Shown here: positions 35,070 to 47,981 of the stretch, in pieces
Position numbering within the stretch: position 1 is the first letter of the stretch
Layout: every line of letters starts with the position of its first letter
Assembly (NCBI GenBank): GCA_964019335.1
Contig: OZ025701.1
Coordinates: forward strand, 124,001 to 188,000
Origin: Diplonema japonicum
Taxonomy: Eukaryota; Protista; Euglenozoa: Diplonemea
Reading direction: 5' to 3'
DNA length: 64,000 nucleotides
Made by a program: the position numbers and the translations under genes
Notes under the pieces: model-generated
The model's database searches: none
Seen by the model: the letters and a program-made list of their open reading frames with translations, nothing else
What the model was told of the DNA's origin: nothing

Positions 35070-36076
35070 GAGCTCGTCCGGACGAAAATGTCAACACTTT
35101 TTTGGGCACCTCCAAAAATTTCTTGTTTTGATTATTTGAGCAAAAAAAGGGCAGCATGCAACCATAGGAAGATGACATACATGGTGTACATGATGCCGTT
35201 CTTTCAATTGCGATGCTTGTTTTGCCATGAGGGTGGCAGGCTTTGCAACCGGCTGCCCCCGGGAAGCGAAAAATAGAGGTCAGAAAAACGGCGAAAAATG
35301 TTTAAAATGCAATTTTATTGCTTAAAATGCAGTATCTAGGGTGCATAAAATTGGTGATCAAGCGCACTTGTGACCCTTGGGTACAACCCAGGGTCGGGTT
35401 ACTGTTAAAAGTACTTAGCGAAAAATATATGGCGCCGATAGCCCCCGAAAATCCGGTTTTTTACACCCTATTTTTTGGCTTTTTAAAGGGGTTCCTAAGG
35501 GATTTTGGCCGGTTTTTTACACCCTATTTTTCAGAAAAACCAATTCTTAACACTTGCCTGCTCATGCAGAGCTTCGACATTGGTATCTTTGGGGTCAAAC
35601 TTTCATTCTCTACCCATCTGCTGAAGTTTTTCCTTTTCTTCTGCACTCATAATACTTTAAAAGTGAAAAATTTGCTTTTTTAAGGGGTTTTAAAGGGATT
35701 TTAGCCTTAAATAGGCCAAAATGGCACATTAAGGGTAAGTTCTCCCCACCCCATTTTAATAGTGATTTAGAGTCCAGCCCACCCAAAATGACCCCAAAGG
35801 TTTCACAGATTTTCAATCTGCGTCCATTCCTCCTGTCGCTTTTCACGGAAAAACGAAAATAAAAAATGGAGTCTGGGTTATTTGTAACTTCCAAATTGAA
35901 TCGTTTGCCAAAAACCATTCTAAAAAACATGTTTTTGCACGTGCGTTTTAAAAATAAAAAAGGACTGCATTTCTGCACACAAAGTGGTGTCGGACTACTT
36001 TTCTACTTAGAAATTTAACGGGGGTTTTCCGCCGCATAGGAGGGTCATTTGTTGACATTTTTTTCCGGACGAGATC
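35070..36076. mobile_element. Non-autonomous DNA transposon (Sola-like) with TIRs and ATAT target duplication
   Basis: Left end ATAT|GAGCTCGTCCGGACGAAAATGTCAACA; right end TGTTGACATTTTTTTCCGGACGAGATC|ATAT (24/27 inverted match). No intact internal ORF. Confidence 0.75.
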
Positions 36077-36164
36077 ATATAAAAAAAAGAAATCCCTCCA
36101 GGGATTTCTTTTTTCCCCCTTTGTTTATTGTATCAATGTGGAGCTCCCCCCCCCCCCCGACTTC

Positions 36165-39100
36165 TTATTTAGGATCATCGGGCTGCTTTGATATCACCAT
36201 CTTCTTAAAGTCGTTCATCTCTGTTTCCCACCGTTTTGTGAGTCGGAGGGTGAGCTGCGACTCCAGGACAGCAAGGCGGTCCTCGAGGGCAGGGTCGGCC
36301 TGCGGTGACGAAGGGACAGGAGATGCCGGCTCTTCATTCAGCAATGCGTCGATACTGTTTCGCATCCAGTGCAACACGGACGTTGCATCGTCCTCCGGCA
36401 GCTTCACCCTTCTAGGGGGTGGGAAAGTAGAAACCAACGACTCGTCAGGCGGGCTCCCTTCTGCCTCCATACTTTCAAATACCTGCTGCATTCCCTCTAC
36501 CATTTTGTCAAGGCCCTTCCTACAGTTTTGAGGGTACACAATGCCCTTGCTCATCCTGCTCGTACACGTGTCGTCCAAGATGTCTTCTTCACTTTTGGGA
36601 ATCGTACCGGTGCTGGAATCAAGCTGAAGGGTGGGAAGAAATGCTTAAAAAATTAAGGTCGTAACACACCTGTGACTTGTTTTTCTTCCAAGCTTCCCTC
36701 TCATCTTGCAACCGTTGTTTTACAACCGATTTCGTCAGGTCTGTGTTGTGTATGCTGCTTGAGGAGGTGTGCCATACCTCCTTCATCGGCGGTGTCTTCA
36801 CCGTCGCTTGGTGCTTTTGTAGGGGTGGCTGCCTGTTCTATCTCGTCGATAACTTCCATCGCTTTGCGTTCTTTTTCTTGTTTTCTCTGCCGTTCGTCGT
36901 TTACTTTTTTGTTCTGCTCTGCCATGGTCTTCACCTCATCGAATTTCTTCTTTAATCGCTCTTTTTTTGCAGCCTCTTCCAACAGTTTCGTGCGTTGGTC
37001 TTCTTCTTCCTGGATCCTCCTTCTCTCGTTGTTCTCTTCTTCTTCTTTTCGAAGCCTTCCCCGTTCTTCTTCTTGTTTTTTCGCCAGCTCTTCATCTTCC
37101 ATTAACCCGCTCATCAACATTTCTTCACGCATCATGAGCGCTTCCCTCTGATGCTGCTCGCGGCCTATCAAAAGCTCCACAGCCTGCTTTGCAAGTTCTA
37201 GTTGTTGTCTTTTGAGCTCTTCCTCTTGCATTTCAAGCTCCTGTCTTGCGAGGTCCTCCTTTTCCCTCAGCTCTTGCTCTTGTTTTCTCGCGAGTTCTTT
37301 TTCCCTTTCTCTTTGCTTCCTCGCGTTTTCCTGTTGTTTTATGAGCTCTTGCTGCCTTTTCTCGAATTCTTCCTGTTGTGCTGTTTCTTCCGCTTCCTGC
37401 CGTTGTTGTTCTTCTAGCGCCTTCTCCCTTTCCAGCTGCTCCTTTTCCTCTGTTTCTCTTCGAATCTTCTCCATAAGCTGTTCTTCCCTTTCTTCGGAGA
37501 TGGGCACGTTCAACGTTATGGGTACGGGATCTATGTGCTCTTGTGTGATAGGCTGGCTTGCAATTGGTGGAAAACTCAGCCCTTCGAAGGCCTGGCGATC
37601 ACCTAGCCACTTGTTATTTGCGTTCTCACGAATCACGTGGCCGGGGGCACAACTTTTGTCCTCCGCTTGCTCTCGATTCCTTTCAGACTCTTTATTCTGT
37701 TGGTGTTCCCTCGCTTCTTGGTCATCCCTGACCTGCTCTGCTTTCCGTCGCTCGTCAGCCTTCCTTTGCCATTCGACCTTCGCCCTTTCTTCTGCCTCTT
37801 TCCTCTCAGCATTCTTGTCTACGATTCCGGATGTTTTCGGCTCCAACAGGTCGTTCGGGTCGATGTGCGCTTCGACTGTCATTGAAGGGTGTGCGTCTAC
37901 AGGTGCCTCGCGAGTGGGGTCGTGGTGCACAGTGGAGGGGTGCGGGTCGACAGGCTTGTGTATTTTGCGCCACTGGGCGGTCACGCTGGTGCGCAGTAGA
38001 GATCCTGAGAGGACAGGCTTGTCCTTGTTCCACAAGGACTCGATGTCTTTCGTTGCGCAGATGCTCCTCTTGCTGAGGGGGATCTCGTTGCCGTCATCTT
38101 CGTCATCATCCGAGTCGTCAAGCGGCTTGAAGCTTCCGGCGGTTGAGATGTTGTCCATCTGCGGGAAGTTCAGGTTGTCCTCCACGAAGGCCTGGTACGC
38201 CTGACCATGCCATTTCCCGCCCACATTCCCACGAAGCACACCCGACGTGAACATAGGTCCCCTAGGGTCGCCCTTGATCTCCTCAGCAGGCTTCGGCTTC
38301 ACTTCAGCAGGCGCTGGTGTTGGATCAGCTGGAGCAGGAGCAGGAACAGGAACAGGAGCAGGAGGGGCGAGAGCTCGTGGAATCGCAGGCTTAGCACCCC
38401 CACCAGCTTCCACTATTTTAGAAGCGCTGGCGGCAGAGAACTTCCACACGTAGAGGCATCCCTCTGCATCGCCGACCACAAGCTGCAGCTTCCCAGACGA
38501 CACGACCCACGACATCACAGTAGGCTGCGCCCCCGTGTTGGGTGTTTGTGCTACGATAGTTCCGCTGAAGTAATCCACGATCTTGATGCTGCCGTTATAC
38601 CCTGCTACAGCAACCCATTCTGCACCTGGCTCGATTTTGACCATGTAATGGCCTTTGCCCTCAGATGGAATTCTGTACTGCCTGCGTACCTGACCCAGAG
38701 GCAAGGTCATCTGCCTGCAAGACAGGAAGTCATTCTTCCCCACAGACAGGAGGATAGTCCCCCGTGGATACATGGCCGTAGAAAGAATAGGTGACTTCGT
38801 AGCGTACACGGTGGGCTCGTCGGCAACCTCACCCTCCAAGGTGATCGGCTGGTATACAATGTTGCCGTCGGTGCTGCTGCTTACTAAAAGGAGTTTCCCG
38901 TCTTTGTTCACAGGCTGCAAGGTGACGGAGGTTATGGCGTCTGTGTGCGGGTTGAACGACAGGAGCACTTGTAGCTCGCTGTTGGTGGCCTTCAGCAGGT
39001 GAACCATGCCGTCCCGACCGCCCGACACGAGCAAGTCGGGTGAGCACGGTGGGCCGAAGGTCATGGTCACAACGTCTGAGTCATGTGCTGCGCACGACGT

Positions 39101-40360
39101 GACGACGAACATCTCGTTCACAATGTCGAGAAGCGTGATGGACCCTTCCTTGTCGCCAACCGCCAACAAGGTGTTCGACACATTCGCGGTCAAGGAGCGC
39201 AACGAGGCACCCTTCACCTGGAAGGACCTCACCTTGTTGTTCCCCTCTCCGGCGACACTCCAGATCTGCACCTTGCCATCTTCACTGCATGAAGCAAGCT
39301 TTATACCACCGTCATCCAAATAGATAGGCTGCATGCCCCACACTGCTGTCCCGTGCATGGATCGTGATGCAAGGAAGGTAGTGGTCGCCGACGCGGAGTC
39401 GGGCTGCAGCTCGATCTCATAGTGGTAGGTAGACTTGTCCATGTTGATGATGTGGAGGTACCGTCTATCAAAGACCATGGCGGTGATGGGTGTGGGGGAG
39501 GGGGCGGGGATTTTTGCCATGAAGGCGAGCGTTGCTGTGGAGAAGACGTTCACCTTCCCGTCGCTGGCACCGACGCAGATGTACTGCTCCGAGATGGTGG
39601 CGGTGGTGAGGACGATCTCCTGCAACCGATCGGCAGATGTAAGCCCGTGCACCCATTTGGCAGCGTTTCCACGCTTGTCAAGCTCGATGACATGCGACGC
39701 CTCTGCGATAACGTACGTCTTGCTCGCGGTGCAGCCGGCGGTGATGAAGTTAAGGTTGCTGAATCTTTTCAGATTGAACTTCGGAAGGCGGTCCTTGTCT
39801 TTGTGAGCATATGCCCAAGCCTGGAGGTGTCCCAACGACCCGTACGACATAAAGCCAAGGGACGCCATGGGTTGGATATTGCACAGCTTCTTCGGGAGCT
39901 GGTGGCTCGAGAGAGGAGACGCAAAGGACGACCGCCAGTTCCATACATACACCTCGTCATCGGCACAAGATACAAGAGTGTTCCCACATTGTGAGAAGGT
40001 CAAAGAGGTGACTGGCTTGCCGTGTTTTCGGATCACCAGTTTTGATTGTTGTGTCTTCACGTCCCACACCACGACGCGTGACAGGGTGCCTGTCTCGCTG
40101 GCGGCAACAATGTTCTCCTGTGTAGGGTGGGGTGCGATACACCTGACTACTTTTTTCGTTTTCAGCAGGGCAGCGTGCCCGTCATTTCTCCAATCGTGCA
40201 CAACTATGGCTGCCCCTGCCGACCACACCAAGTTTGAGTCAGCTGCTCCACCGACCGAGCTATCCCCACAGATCCAATGGCCGATGATCTTCGACAGTAC
40301 TATAGTTCCTGCATCTTTCTTTTTCCCGGTGTTGACCGGTGCTGCTTTTCTCCCCTTCAT
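36165..40360 (-). CDS. WD40-repeat protein, WDR62/MAPKBP1-like, with coiled-coil tail (1370 aa); introns 36741..36777, 36624..36669
   Basis: Multiple WD repeats (LASCSEDGKVQIWS; AHDSDVVTMTF..LLVSGGRDGMVHL; HTDAITSV..LVSSSTDG) and an E/Q/K/R coiled coil. The likely start is MKGRKAAP, since the ORF's first 61 codons are poly-T UTR. Confidence 0.85.
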
Positions 40361-41466
40361 ACCTATTGTCGTACGGGTTTGGTTTGGTTTTTTTTTGGGG
40401 GGGGATGAAGTTATGTATAAGAATAAAAAACAACAATAGAACATGGGGGGAAGCGGGATGAGAAAAAGAAAAAAAAGAAAGCGGAAGAAAATACTTTTTT
40501 TTTCAACAAGAAGAAAAGAGAGGAGAAGAGGGAGGGGGAACACGCCCCTTTCAGATTTCTTTTTTCTTTTTCAATGCTTCTCTCTTTTTTTATTCTTTTT
40601 TTTTTGTTATTTACTATTTCTTTTTTTTAAACACTCTACGCTGAAGATAAAGGTTTCTTCCTTTCCCTCCTCTGTAGATGGAGGAGGGTGGGGTGAAAAG
40701 AAAAGGGGGATCGGGTTAAGGTTTTTCCTTCCCCTCCCCCCCTCCTTTTTTTTTGCTTTTCATTTAACTATTTCAAGGTTTCACGCGAGAGTATAAAAAA
40801 ATGGGAGGGAAAACAAATGGAAAAAAAAAAAGAAAACTACAGTCAAATCAAGTCATAACAACAAATCGGGGGGACGGGTGAGAAGATACAAAAAAAAGGG
40901 GGGGGGAGAAAGAGAGAGAAATCACACAGTATAAAACGGACCCAGATGGGCGCACCAAAGACAATTTCACTACTATGGGTGAGGAGTAGTGTAGCAACCC
41001 GCCCCAGCAACCGCAAGAAAAAAAGAAAAAAAAAACATATCAAAACTCATAAAATGTACACGTGTTATGAAAACGCAAAACCAGCTGTTTTTTCGCTAAT
41101 ATTCCTTATTTTTTTTCTTCTTCTTCTTTCCTCAATTCTTAATACGTTGTTCTGTTCCACAGTTCCCCTTCCCCTCCCCCCCCTTTTTTTCCCCCTACAA
41201 ACCACCTTTGGGAGGGAGGGAAATATTTCCTTGTGTTCGGTACAATAAAAAAATTAAAAAAAAAAAAGGTTTCAAGATACCCGCCCCAAAGGAACGGGAA
41301 AGGACAGTACATATAAAAGCAGTTTGCATTCTTTTTCTACAGACCACCTTGGGAGGGGGGAAGGAAAAAAAAAAAACATAAAAAATTCACTATGAAAGAA
41401 AAATGAAGTGGTTAGCGCAACGGCCCACAAGAAAAAAAAAAAATAACTATTTATTGCCAACAAATT

Positions 41467-42001
41467 ATGAGTCATTATTTAACGCGAGTTCCCGAATTTT
41501 TTGCACGAGGGCCCGCAGGGCCCGAGTGCAAAAAAACGGGTAACGAGAGTTAAATAATGGCTCATTTGGCGGCAAGTAAGTCGTTTTATTTCACTCTTCG
41601 TCATTTGAGTCACTCACTCTTCACTGCTTTCACTGCTGTTTTTTTTCACGCAGGTCAGCCTTTTTGGGGAGTTTCCTAAGGTAATATGGGGTTGCTATTT
41701 CGCCATGGCATTTAAAGGGGAAGTAAGGCACTTATTCCCACTTTTAAGGGCTGGAATGGCCTCAGATGGCCAAAAATAGTCAAAATACCCCCACCCCAAA
41801 AAAATTTTTCAAGGGGTTGGGTGCATTTTTTTCCACGGCGAGACTCATTTTCCCACTTCACTCTGAAGGGCCATTATTTAACTGCAAAATCTCATTATTT
41901 AACTAGTTAAATAATGGCGATTTCGCGTTAAATAATGGCCATTTCGCGTTAAATAATGAGGCCCCTAGTGAGTGAAGAAAATGACGAAGAGTGAAATAAA
42001 A

Positions 42002-42002
<1 letters not shown>
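41467..42002. mobile_element. Palindrome-rich non-autonomous element (Crypton-like architecture, inferred)
   Basis: About 99-bp hairpin at 41467..41565. Perfect 24-bp inverted repeat 41583..41606 / 41979..42002. Perfect palindrome CATTATTTAACTAGTTAAATAATG at 41893..41916. Seven copies of CATTATTTAAC or its reverse complement. Confidence 0.6.
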
Positions 42003-42037
<35 letters not shown>

Positions 42038-42044
42038 AAGTGCC

Positions 42045-44180
42045 TTACAATGAAGTCGCACGGTTGATAATAGCAGACTTGCGTTCTCGCTGGGGGGAGG
42101 CTGCCAGGTGAGAGGCCCTGGGGGAATGAGCAGGGGAGCCGAGGCGCCTTGGCGAGTATGAAGGGGAAGATGGCTCAATACCGAGCGCTTCAGAAATTCG
42201 TTTGTCCGCAGCGTGGAATTGAAGATGTGTGTCGAACTCCCTCTTGCATACATCTAGCTCGGCTCGCACCTTTGAAGACTCCCTTTGCGCCTTGCTCAGG
42301 TCAGCCTCGAGCCTCTCGCCTCTAGTGGAAGTTTCTCGAAGTGCTGACTCGCATCGCTTGTTCTTCCCCCTGGCCTCGGCAAGCTCCTTCTCTAGCTCTT
42401 TTACTCTCAATCTTAAATCAGGGCATCTGCACATCTCGTACTTTGCTTGCAAATCGTTTCTCTCGTCTGTCATCTGCTTCAGAATTTCTGTTTTTGTGTC
42501 CAACGCTTTGGATGTTCGTCCGCACGACACCGTCGCCTCCTTCAGCATTCTCTGGTTCTCTTTTAAATCATTCTCAACCCCGCTCAGGTGCTTCCTTGTC
42601 ATCATCAGTTCTTCTGATGACTTCCGCAGCTGCTCCTCTAAGTTCTTCAGCTCTGTCTTATCCTTCTTAATAACAAATGCTGATCGGAAGGCTGCAGTGA
42701 ATTTCTGCTTTTTGTGGCTGTGCATGTCCGCTTGTATTCTTAGTTTGTCCTCCCTCAACTGTAACTTGTCAGCCTCGAGTCTTTCTTTCTCCTTCTCGAG
42801 CTGTTGTTGTTTCTCCTTCATCTCTATCTCCGTCGCCTCCGCCTCCTTCAACGCTAGTTCGGTGCTTTGAATCTGCTCTGCGTACTCCTGTCTGATGGTC
42901 TCCGCGTTCGCCACGTTCCCTGCTTGCAACTGTTCTTCTAGCTGCTTTTTAAGATCTTCCACCTAATTTTTTTTTTTTTTTTTGTTTTGTTTTGTTCTTG
43001 CAATATATAAGATGTATACCTGTCCTTTGAGGTTTGAAACCATTTTGGCGTTCGGCTGTTCGTTTTGAATGACCTTGCAGACGATGGCCTTGGCCTTCTG
43101 CGCGTAACGCAGGGTGCTGATGGTGTCTTCGATGCTTTCTTCACAAGGCGAGACGGCTGCGATCATCATGGTGCGTGAGTTGCCGCCCAAAGACTCCTTC
43201 AGCACCCATGTCAGCATCGACTCACGGTAAGGGGGGACAGCCTTTGTCTTCTTCTTGCTGTTGTCAATGAGAACGTCAAACACCTTACGAAGCGTGGAGA
43301 GCGACTGGTTGATGTTCTTGGCTTCTGTGAGCTGGGTACCTGAAGCACCGGTCATCTTAAGCCTTTCAGAACCCGCGAGGTCGACTAAATTGATCAGCGA
43401 CCCACGTCTGAGCCCTGTCTGGGCGTTGACTTGTTCGATGCAAATTTGACAGATGGCATGCGATCTTGATGAGGTAGCGTTCATTTTTGTCTCGGCGAGG
43501 GCACGCTCAGAGACACCGCGTTCCATTTGCTTCTCGCATTCCAAAGCATTGCTTACGGTAACCCGCATGAGCCCTTCTACCTGAATACCAAGAAGAGGGT
43601 GCTGGCGGATCTTCACGGCACTGTACTCACCTGCCTTTATCTTCTTGTTGAACAGATCGCGGACTTGCTCGTTGTAAATCTCCATGAACGAGATGTTCAC
43701 AACGTACTTTGCTCCGGGGTTGCTGACTTTTTCTGCTTCGATGTGTTTAAAGAGGTCGCCGATGAGGAGGTAGGAGAGGCCTGGTTGACCGGGGGCTCCA
43801 AGCATACTGTAAGTCTTTCCTGAGCCGGTTTGACCGTAGGCAAAGACGCAGCCGTTGTAGCCTTCCAATGCCTGGCCGAGGAGGACCTTACCTGTTGTTT
43901 CGTAAACATCAGTCTGACCCGCCATGCCGTTTGGGGAGTCGTGCCCGTTACAGCTCCAATAGCAGTTGTGGTAGCTGAAGGCATCCTTCGGCGCATAATC
44001 GTTGTCCGGGTCCAACACCGTCACTGTGTTCCCATCCATTTCTATTACAGGTGTAGCTGGCTTGTTATGTCGCTCGAACCAGTCTCCTTCTCTCTTGTTG
44101 AACGGCCTGCACCTGATCATGACAGCGATGCTGTTTGACACCGACTTCAGCCCCTTCGGGCTGTTCATGTCTTGTTTCAT
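42045..44180 (-). CDS. Kinesin-3 family motor with coiled-coil tail (692 aa); intron 42963..43019
   Basis: IRCRPFNKRE, P-loop FAYGQTGSGKT, SFMEIYNE, switch I MNATSSRSHA, switch II LVDLAGSER, PYRESMLTWVLKESLGGNSRTMMIA. Confidence 0.95.
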
Positions 44181-46421
44181 TTTTCCCTTTTTTTTTTGTT
44201 GCAAACCAGTCGAGGGTACCGAAAATTAAAAAGAAACAAGAAATAAAAAGAGAAAAAAAAATAAAAAAAAGGGGGAGGGGAAAAAACCCTGAGGACCATA
44301 AGGACCTGGGGGAGGGGGGGGGGGGGGGTAATTTGAGGGTTTTTTTTTTGCGGTGCCGTGTGGATCTATTTTCTTTTTTTTTTGTTATTTTCCGTATTCA
44401 TATCCAGCAAAAACCATGTTTGCAAAACCACCGAATGAATCGGGAAATCGTAAGCTAATCGTGAACAGGGGAGGTTTTATTTTCTCTCTTTTTTTTCTTC
44501 TTCTTTTTTCCGGGTGGTTAAAATAAAAGAAAACCTACCGCTGATCGACATTCTTTACGATTAGCACGTTTCCTTTTTCCTCCCCCTCTTTTTTTTTTTC
44601 TTTTTGAGGAACTCGGTAAAGATGCAACGGTTGATGGAACGGTTGTTTGCACAGTCAATGGTGTAGCCTCCTATACTAAAAAAAAAAAGAAAAGTCACAC
44701 AGTACGTTGTGCGAGAGGCGAAGAGTCACCAAGCGACCATAATTTCTCTTTTTTATTCCCCCTCCCCTGTCTGGGGCTGGGTGGCTGCAACTGCCCAGCA
44801 GCTCCGATTGAGTTGCATTTCTGAGCAACTAAAAGAGCCCTGTATAAACATTTGCGTATCACTTCCAAGAACTCCGAGCAGTACTTTGCTAGATATGAAA
44901 GGAAAGAAGAAGACAAAAAAAACAAAAAAAAACAAAAAAAAAAACACCCCTTTTTTATGCATTGTTCTGCCAACGTTCCTTCTTTTCTTTTTTAAAAAAA
45001 AAAAAAGGGAGAAAGGGTTTGAAAGAAGAGGGGAAGGGGGGAGGAGGGAGACCACTTGTGAGGAGGAGCTAGAGCGACCCACCGCAGAAGAGTGCCTACT
45101 AAAAAAAAAGGGGGGGGGGAACAAGGTAGAAAAAAAGGTGTCTTTTAACATGCTTTTAAAAACGCACTTACCCGGCCTTGTTGACTATTTTTTACCTGAG
45201 AGAACTGGCCTCCCTTTTGTCGGCTCGACCATGTACATGTAGTCTCGAATGCGCACGTGCCACTACTTTTGCTTGAGAGGGAGTGAGTGGTTGGGAAATA
45301 AAAAGAATTTTCCCAGCCCCATAAAAAAAAAAAAAAAGCGATGCTTAAGGGCAAAAATCCCACTTGAAAAAAAAAAAAGAAAAAGAATATATATATGAGT
45401 TAAAGGAGGCCGGTGTTGGCGGCGCCCTGAAAAAAAGAACGTTTATTTGGTATTCACGTAGACAAATAAAAAGGGAGAGGAACGAATTCACTGCAAAAGA
45501 AAAAAAAAGAAAAAAAAAAGAGGCAGAAAAAAAAAATATTAAGAGATACAGGAGGCCATCGGTGGAGCCCTGCACAAGTACTGTCTACTTGAGCTTGTAG
45601 TTCTGCTTTCCGCGATTTAGCTCCCCCCCCCCCCCCCCCCCAGTCCGGGGAACCTGTCTGTAAAAAAAAAAAAAAAAGAAGAAGAAGAAAAAAAAGCATC
45701 AAGTGACGTCCATTTTAACAAAAGAGAAAAAAAAAAAAAGAGAGAAGGGAGAACAAAAGATTACCACTTTAGAACCATCCCCTTGTAAAGGCCAGAGCAT
45801 TTGAATTGCTATATAAGTATGCAGGTATATCCGGCTTGTTTACAATGCTTAGAGGAGGTTTCTTGTTTTTTTTTTTTTTCCCCTTCTTTTGGAAACAGAA
45901 AGGAAAACCCTCAGTAGGCATACCCTGAAGATCAAGAGATTTTTTTTTTCTTTTTTTTTTTTCCTTTTTCTTTTTTTGAGAGGATTAATGAAGAGATAAA
46001 AAAAAATATTTTAAAAAAAAAGGTTTATTGGGTTCCTTCAGGGCGATGCGTGGTAAGCAACCCTGAACTGGGTTATCTTTTTCATTTTGCGATTTTCTTT
46101 TTCATTCTATTTTCTTTCAAAATAAAAAAAGAAAAAGCCGTAAAATTGAAGTCATCTTTTTTTTTCCTTTTTTTTTTTTTCCTTTTTTGTACCGGTAAAA
46201 TAAAGGAAAAAAAAAAAAAAAAAACTAAGAAGAAAGGTAAATCGCAGGGAAAAAAAGAAAAAAGAAAAAAAAACTGGTGTGAGACGTACTAGAGTTAAAA
46301 GGATCCCCTACAAAGAGGGGAATAGTAGAAGAAAATAAAATGCAGGGACGGTACATACAGCTTAGGGGGGGAGTAGCTATTTCTTCCCAGTATATTTAAT
46401 ACCATGAGTAGTGTCGCCTGG

Positions 46422-46453
<32 letters not shown>

Positions 46454-46804
46454 CGGCAAGTTCATTCTAAGTCTTTCTCATTCTTCAACTTCTTTCCAAG
46501 AAGTGGCACATAGCCACAACTAGATAGAATCCTCCTGTCACAAGCCGTAGCTCCCGACCACATTCTAAAAAAAGGTATTTTTTTTTTTTTTTTTTTTTTT
46601 TTCACTTCTGTGCTTTGTATCATTTCTCTTGACAGGCCACATGTGGACCACCCGTACTAAAAAAAAAAAAAAATAAAAAAAGGAGGGGAACAAACTGAAA
46701 AGGCACTCATTTCTTCATTCTCATTTTTTCGTTTCCAACAACGGAGAAACTGGGCAATTTTTCTTTGAAAAGGAGAAAAGTGAGGCTTTTTTTTTTTTTC
46801 CTCC

Positions 46805-46840
<36 letters not shown>

Positions 46841-46878
46841 CGCCGGGGAAAAGAAAACGTTCAAAAATAATAATAATA

Positions 46879-47170
46879 CATAGTATCCAGGGGGTAACCG
46901 ATCACCTTCGGTTGAAACCCCGACCCGAGCAAATTTTAGCTTTTCGATCACAGTCGGGCTAATGGTCTGAATAAGAACCGGGTGTCGTGATCGATCCAAA
47001 ACACATATTTCGGGCAAGAAAACCAAGACAATGCAAACCCGCGGATTTTGCTGAGGGGTTTGCAGGGGAAAATACTCTTTTCTAAGTCGTTTCGATGCTC
47101 CCTGGGGTCGGATTTGTGTATCTGGGGGAATAGAAGAGGTGCCGTCAATCGGTTAACCCTGGATATTATG
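46879..47170. mobile_element. Tc1/mariner-type MITE (TA target duplication)
   Basis: TA|CATAGTATCCAGGGGGTAACCGAT ... ATCGGTTAACCCTGGATATTATG|TA: imperfect 23-24-bp TIRs, 292 bp, non-coding. Confidence 0.7.
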
Positions 47171-47981
47171 TATAATACTAAGAAAAAAAAGAGAAAAAAA
47201 AAAAAAAAAAAAAACAAGAGTGATAAGAACTGCGTGCCACCATTACTCTTTTTTTTTTTTTTTTTTTTTTTTTTTCTTTTTTGTTCTTACAAGAAACTGA
47301 TCAGCTTGTTAAAATAATAAAAATAAAAAAAAAAAGGAAAAAGGAAAAAGGAAAATTCATTATGACGGGTGAAGTGTTAGCAGCTACCCAACACGAATGA
47401 AAGAAACAGCATCACCCTTTCGGGAGAGACTCCAAACTCCAACAAAAAAAAAAAAAAAAAAAGATATAGACAACCGAAACGTAGTAATAAAGAAAAACAC
47501 AGAAGAAGGGGGGGGAAAAACACAGAAGAAAGGTCAAGGGACAAAAGCACTTTAGCCAAGCGGTAGCTGCTCTCTCTTTCTTCGACAAAAAGAAAAAAAT
47601 ATGTGGTGGCAGGTGGAGAGGTAAAAAGGGAAGGTTACTTTCTTTTTCTTTTTCTTTTCTTTCCCTATAGCTAGACCCCCCCCTCGTTTATTGGTTTTTT
47701 TTTAATTTTTCTTTTTTTTTTTTTATCAATTAATAATTTAGAGAAAGGTGGGAGGTGAAGAGAAAAAGAGTAAGTCAACGACGGAAGAAAAAAAAAACAA
47801 AACAAAACAAAAAAAGAAGAAGAAAAAAAAGAAGTCAGTTGAATGTCGCATGTGATTACACAGAGATTAGATGGTAACACCCACACCGGTATCTATTAAT
47901 ATCTCTCTTCTTATCTATAACAATTCATTGTTGAAACACGGCCCATGTCAAAACCGCATTTCGGGTAATATATATATATAT

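Noticed and set aside
40361-40543. Hydrophobic N-terminal extensions on ORFs 36701..40543, 21821..22963 and 57574..58677 as signal peptides
   Set aside because: They derive from poly-T upstream tracts and non-ATG or upstream starts. The downstream ATGs are more plausible.
41860-41960. Short repeats resembling a CRISPR array
   Set aside because: Repeats are 11 bp, in mixed orientation, without unique 25-45-bp spacers. Eukaryotic context and no cas genes.
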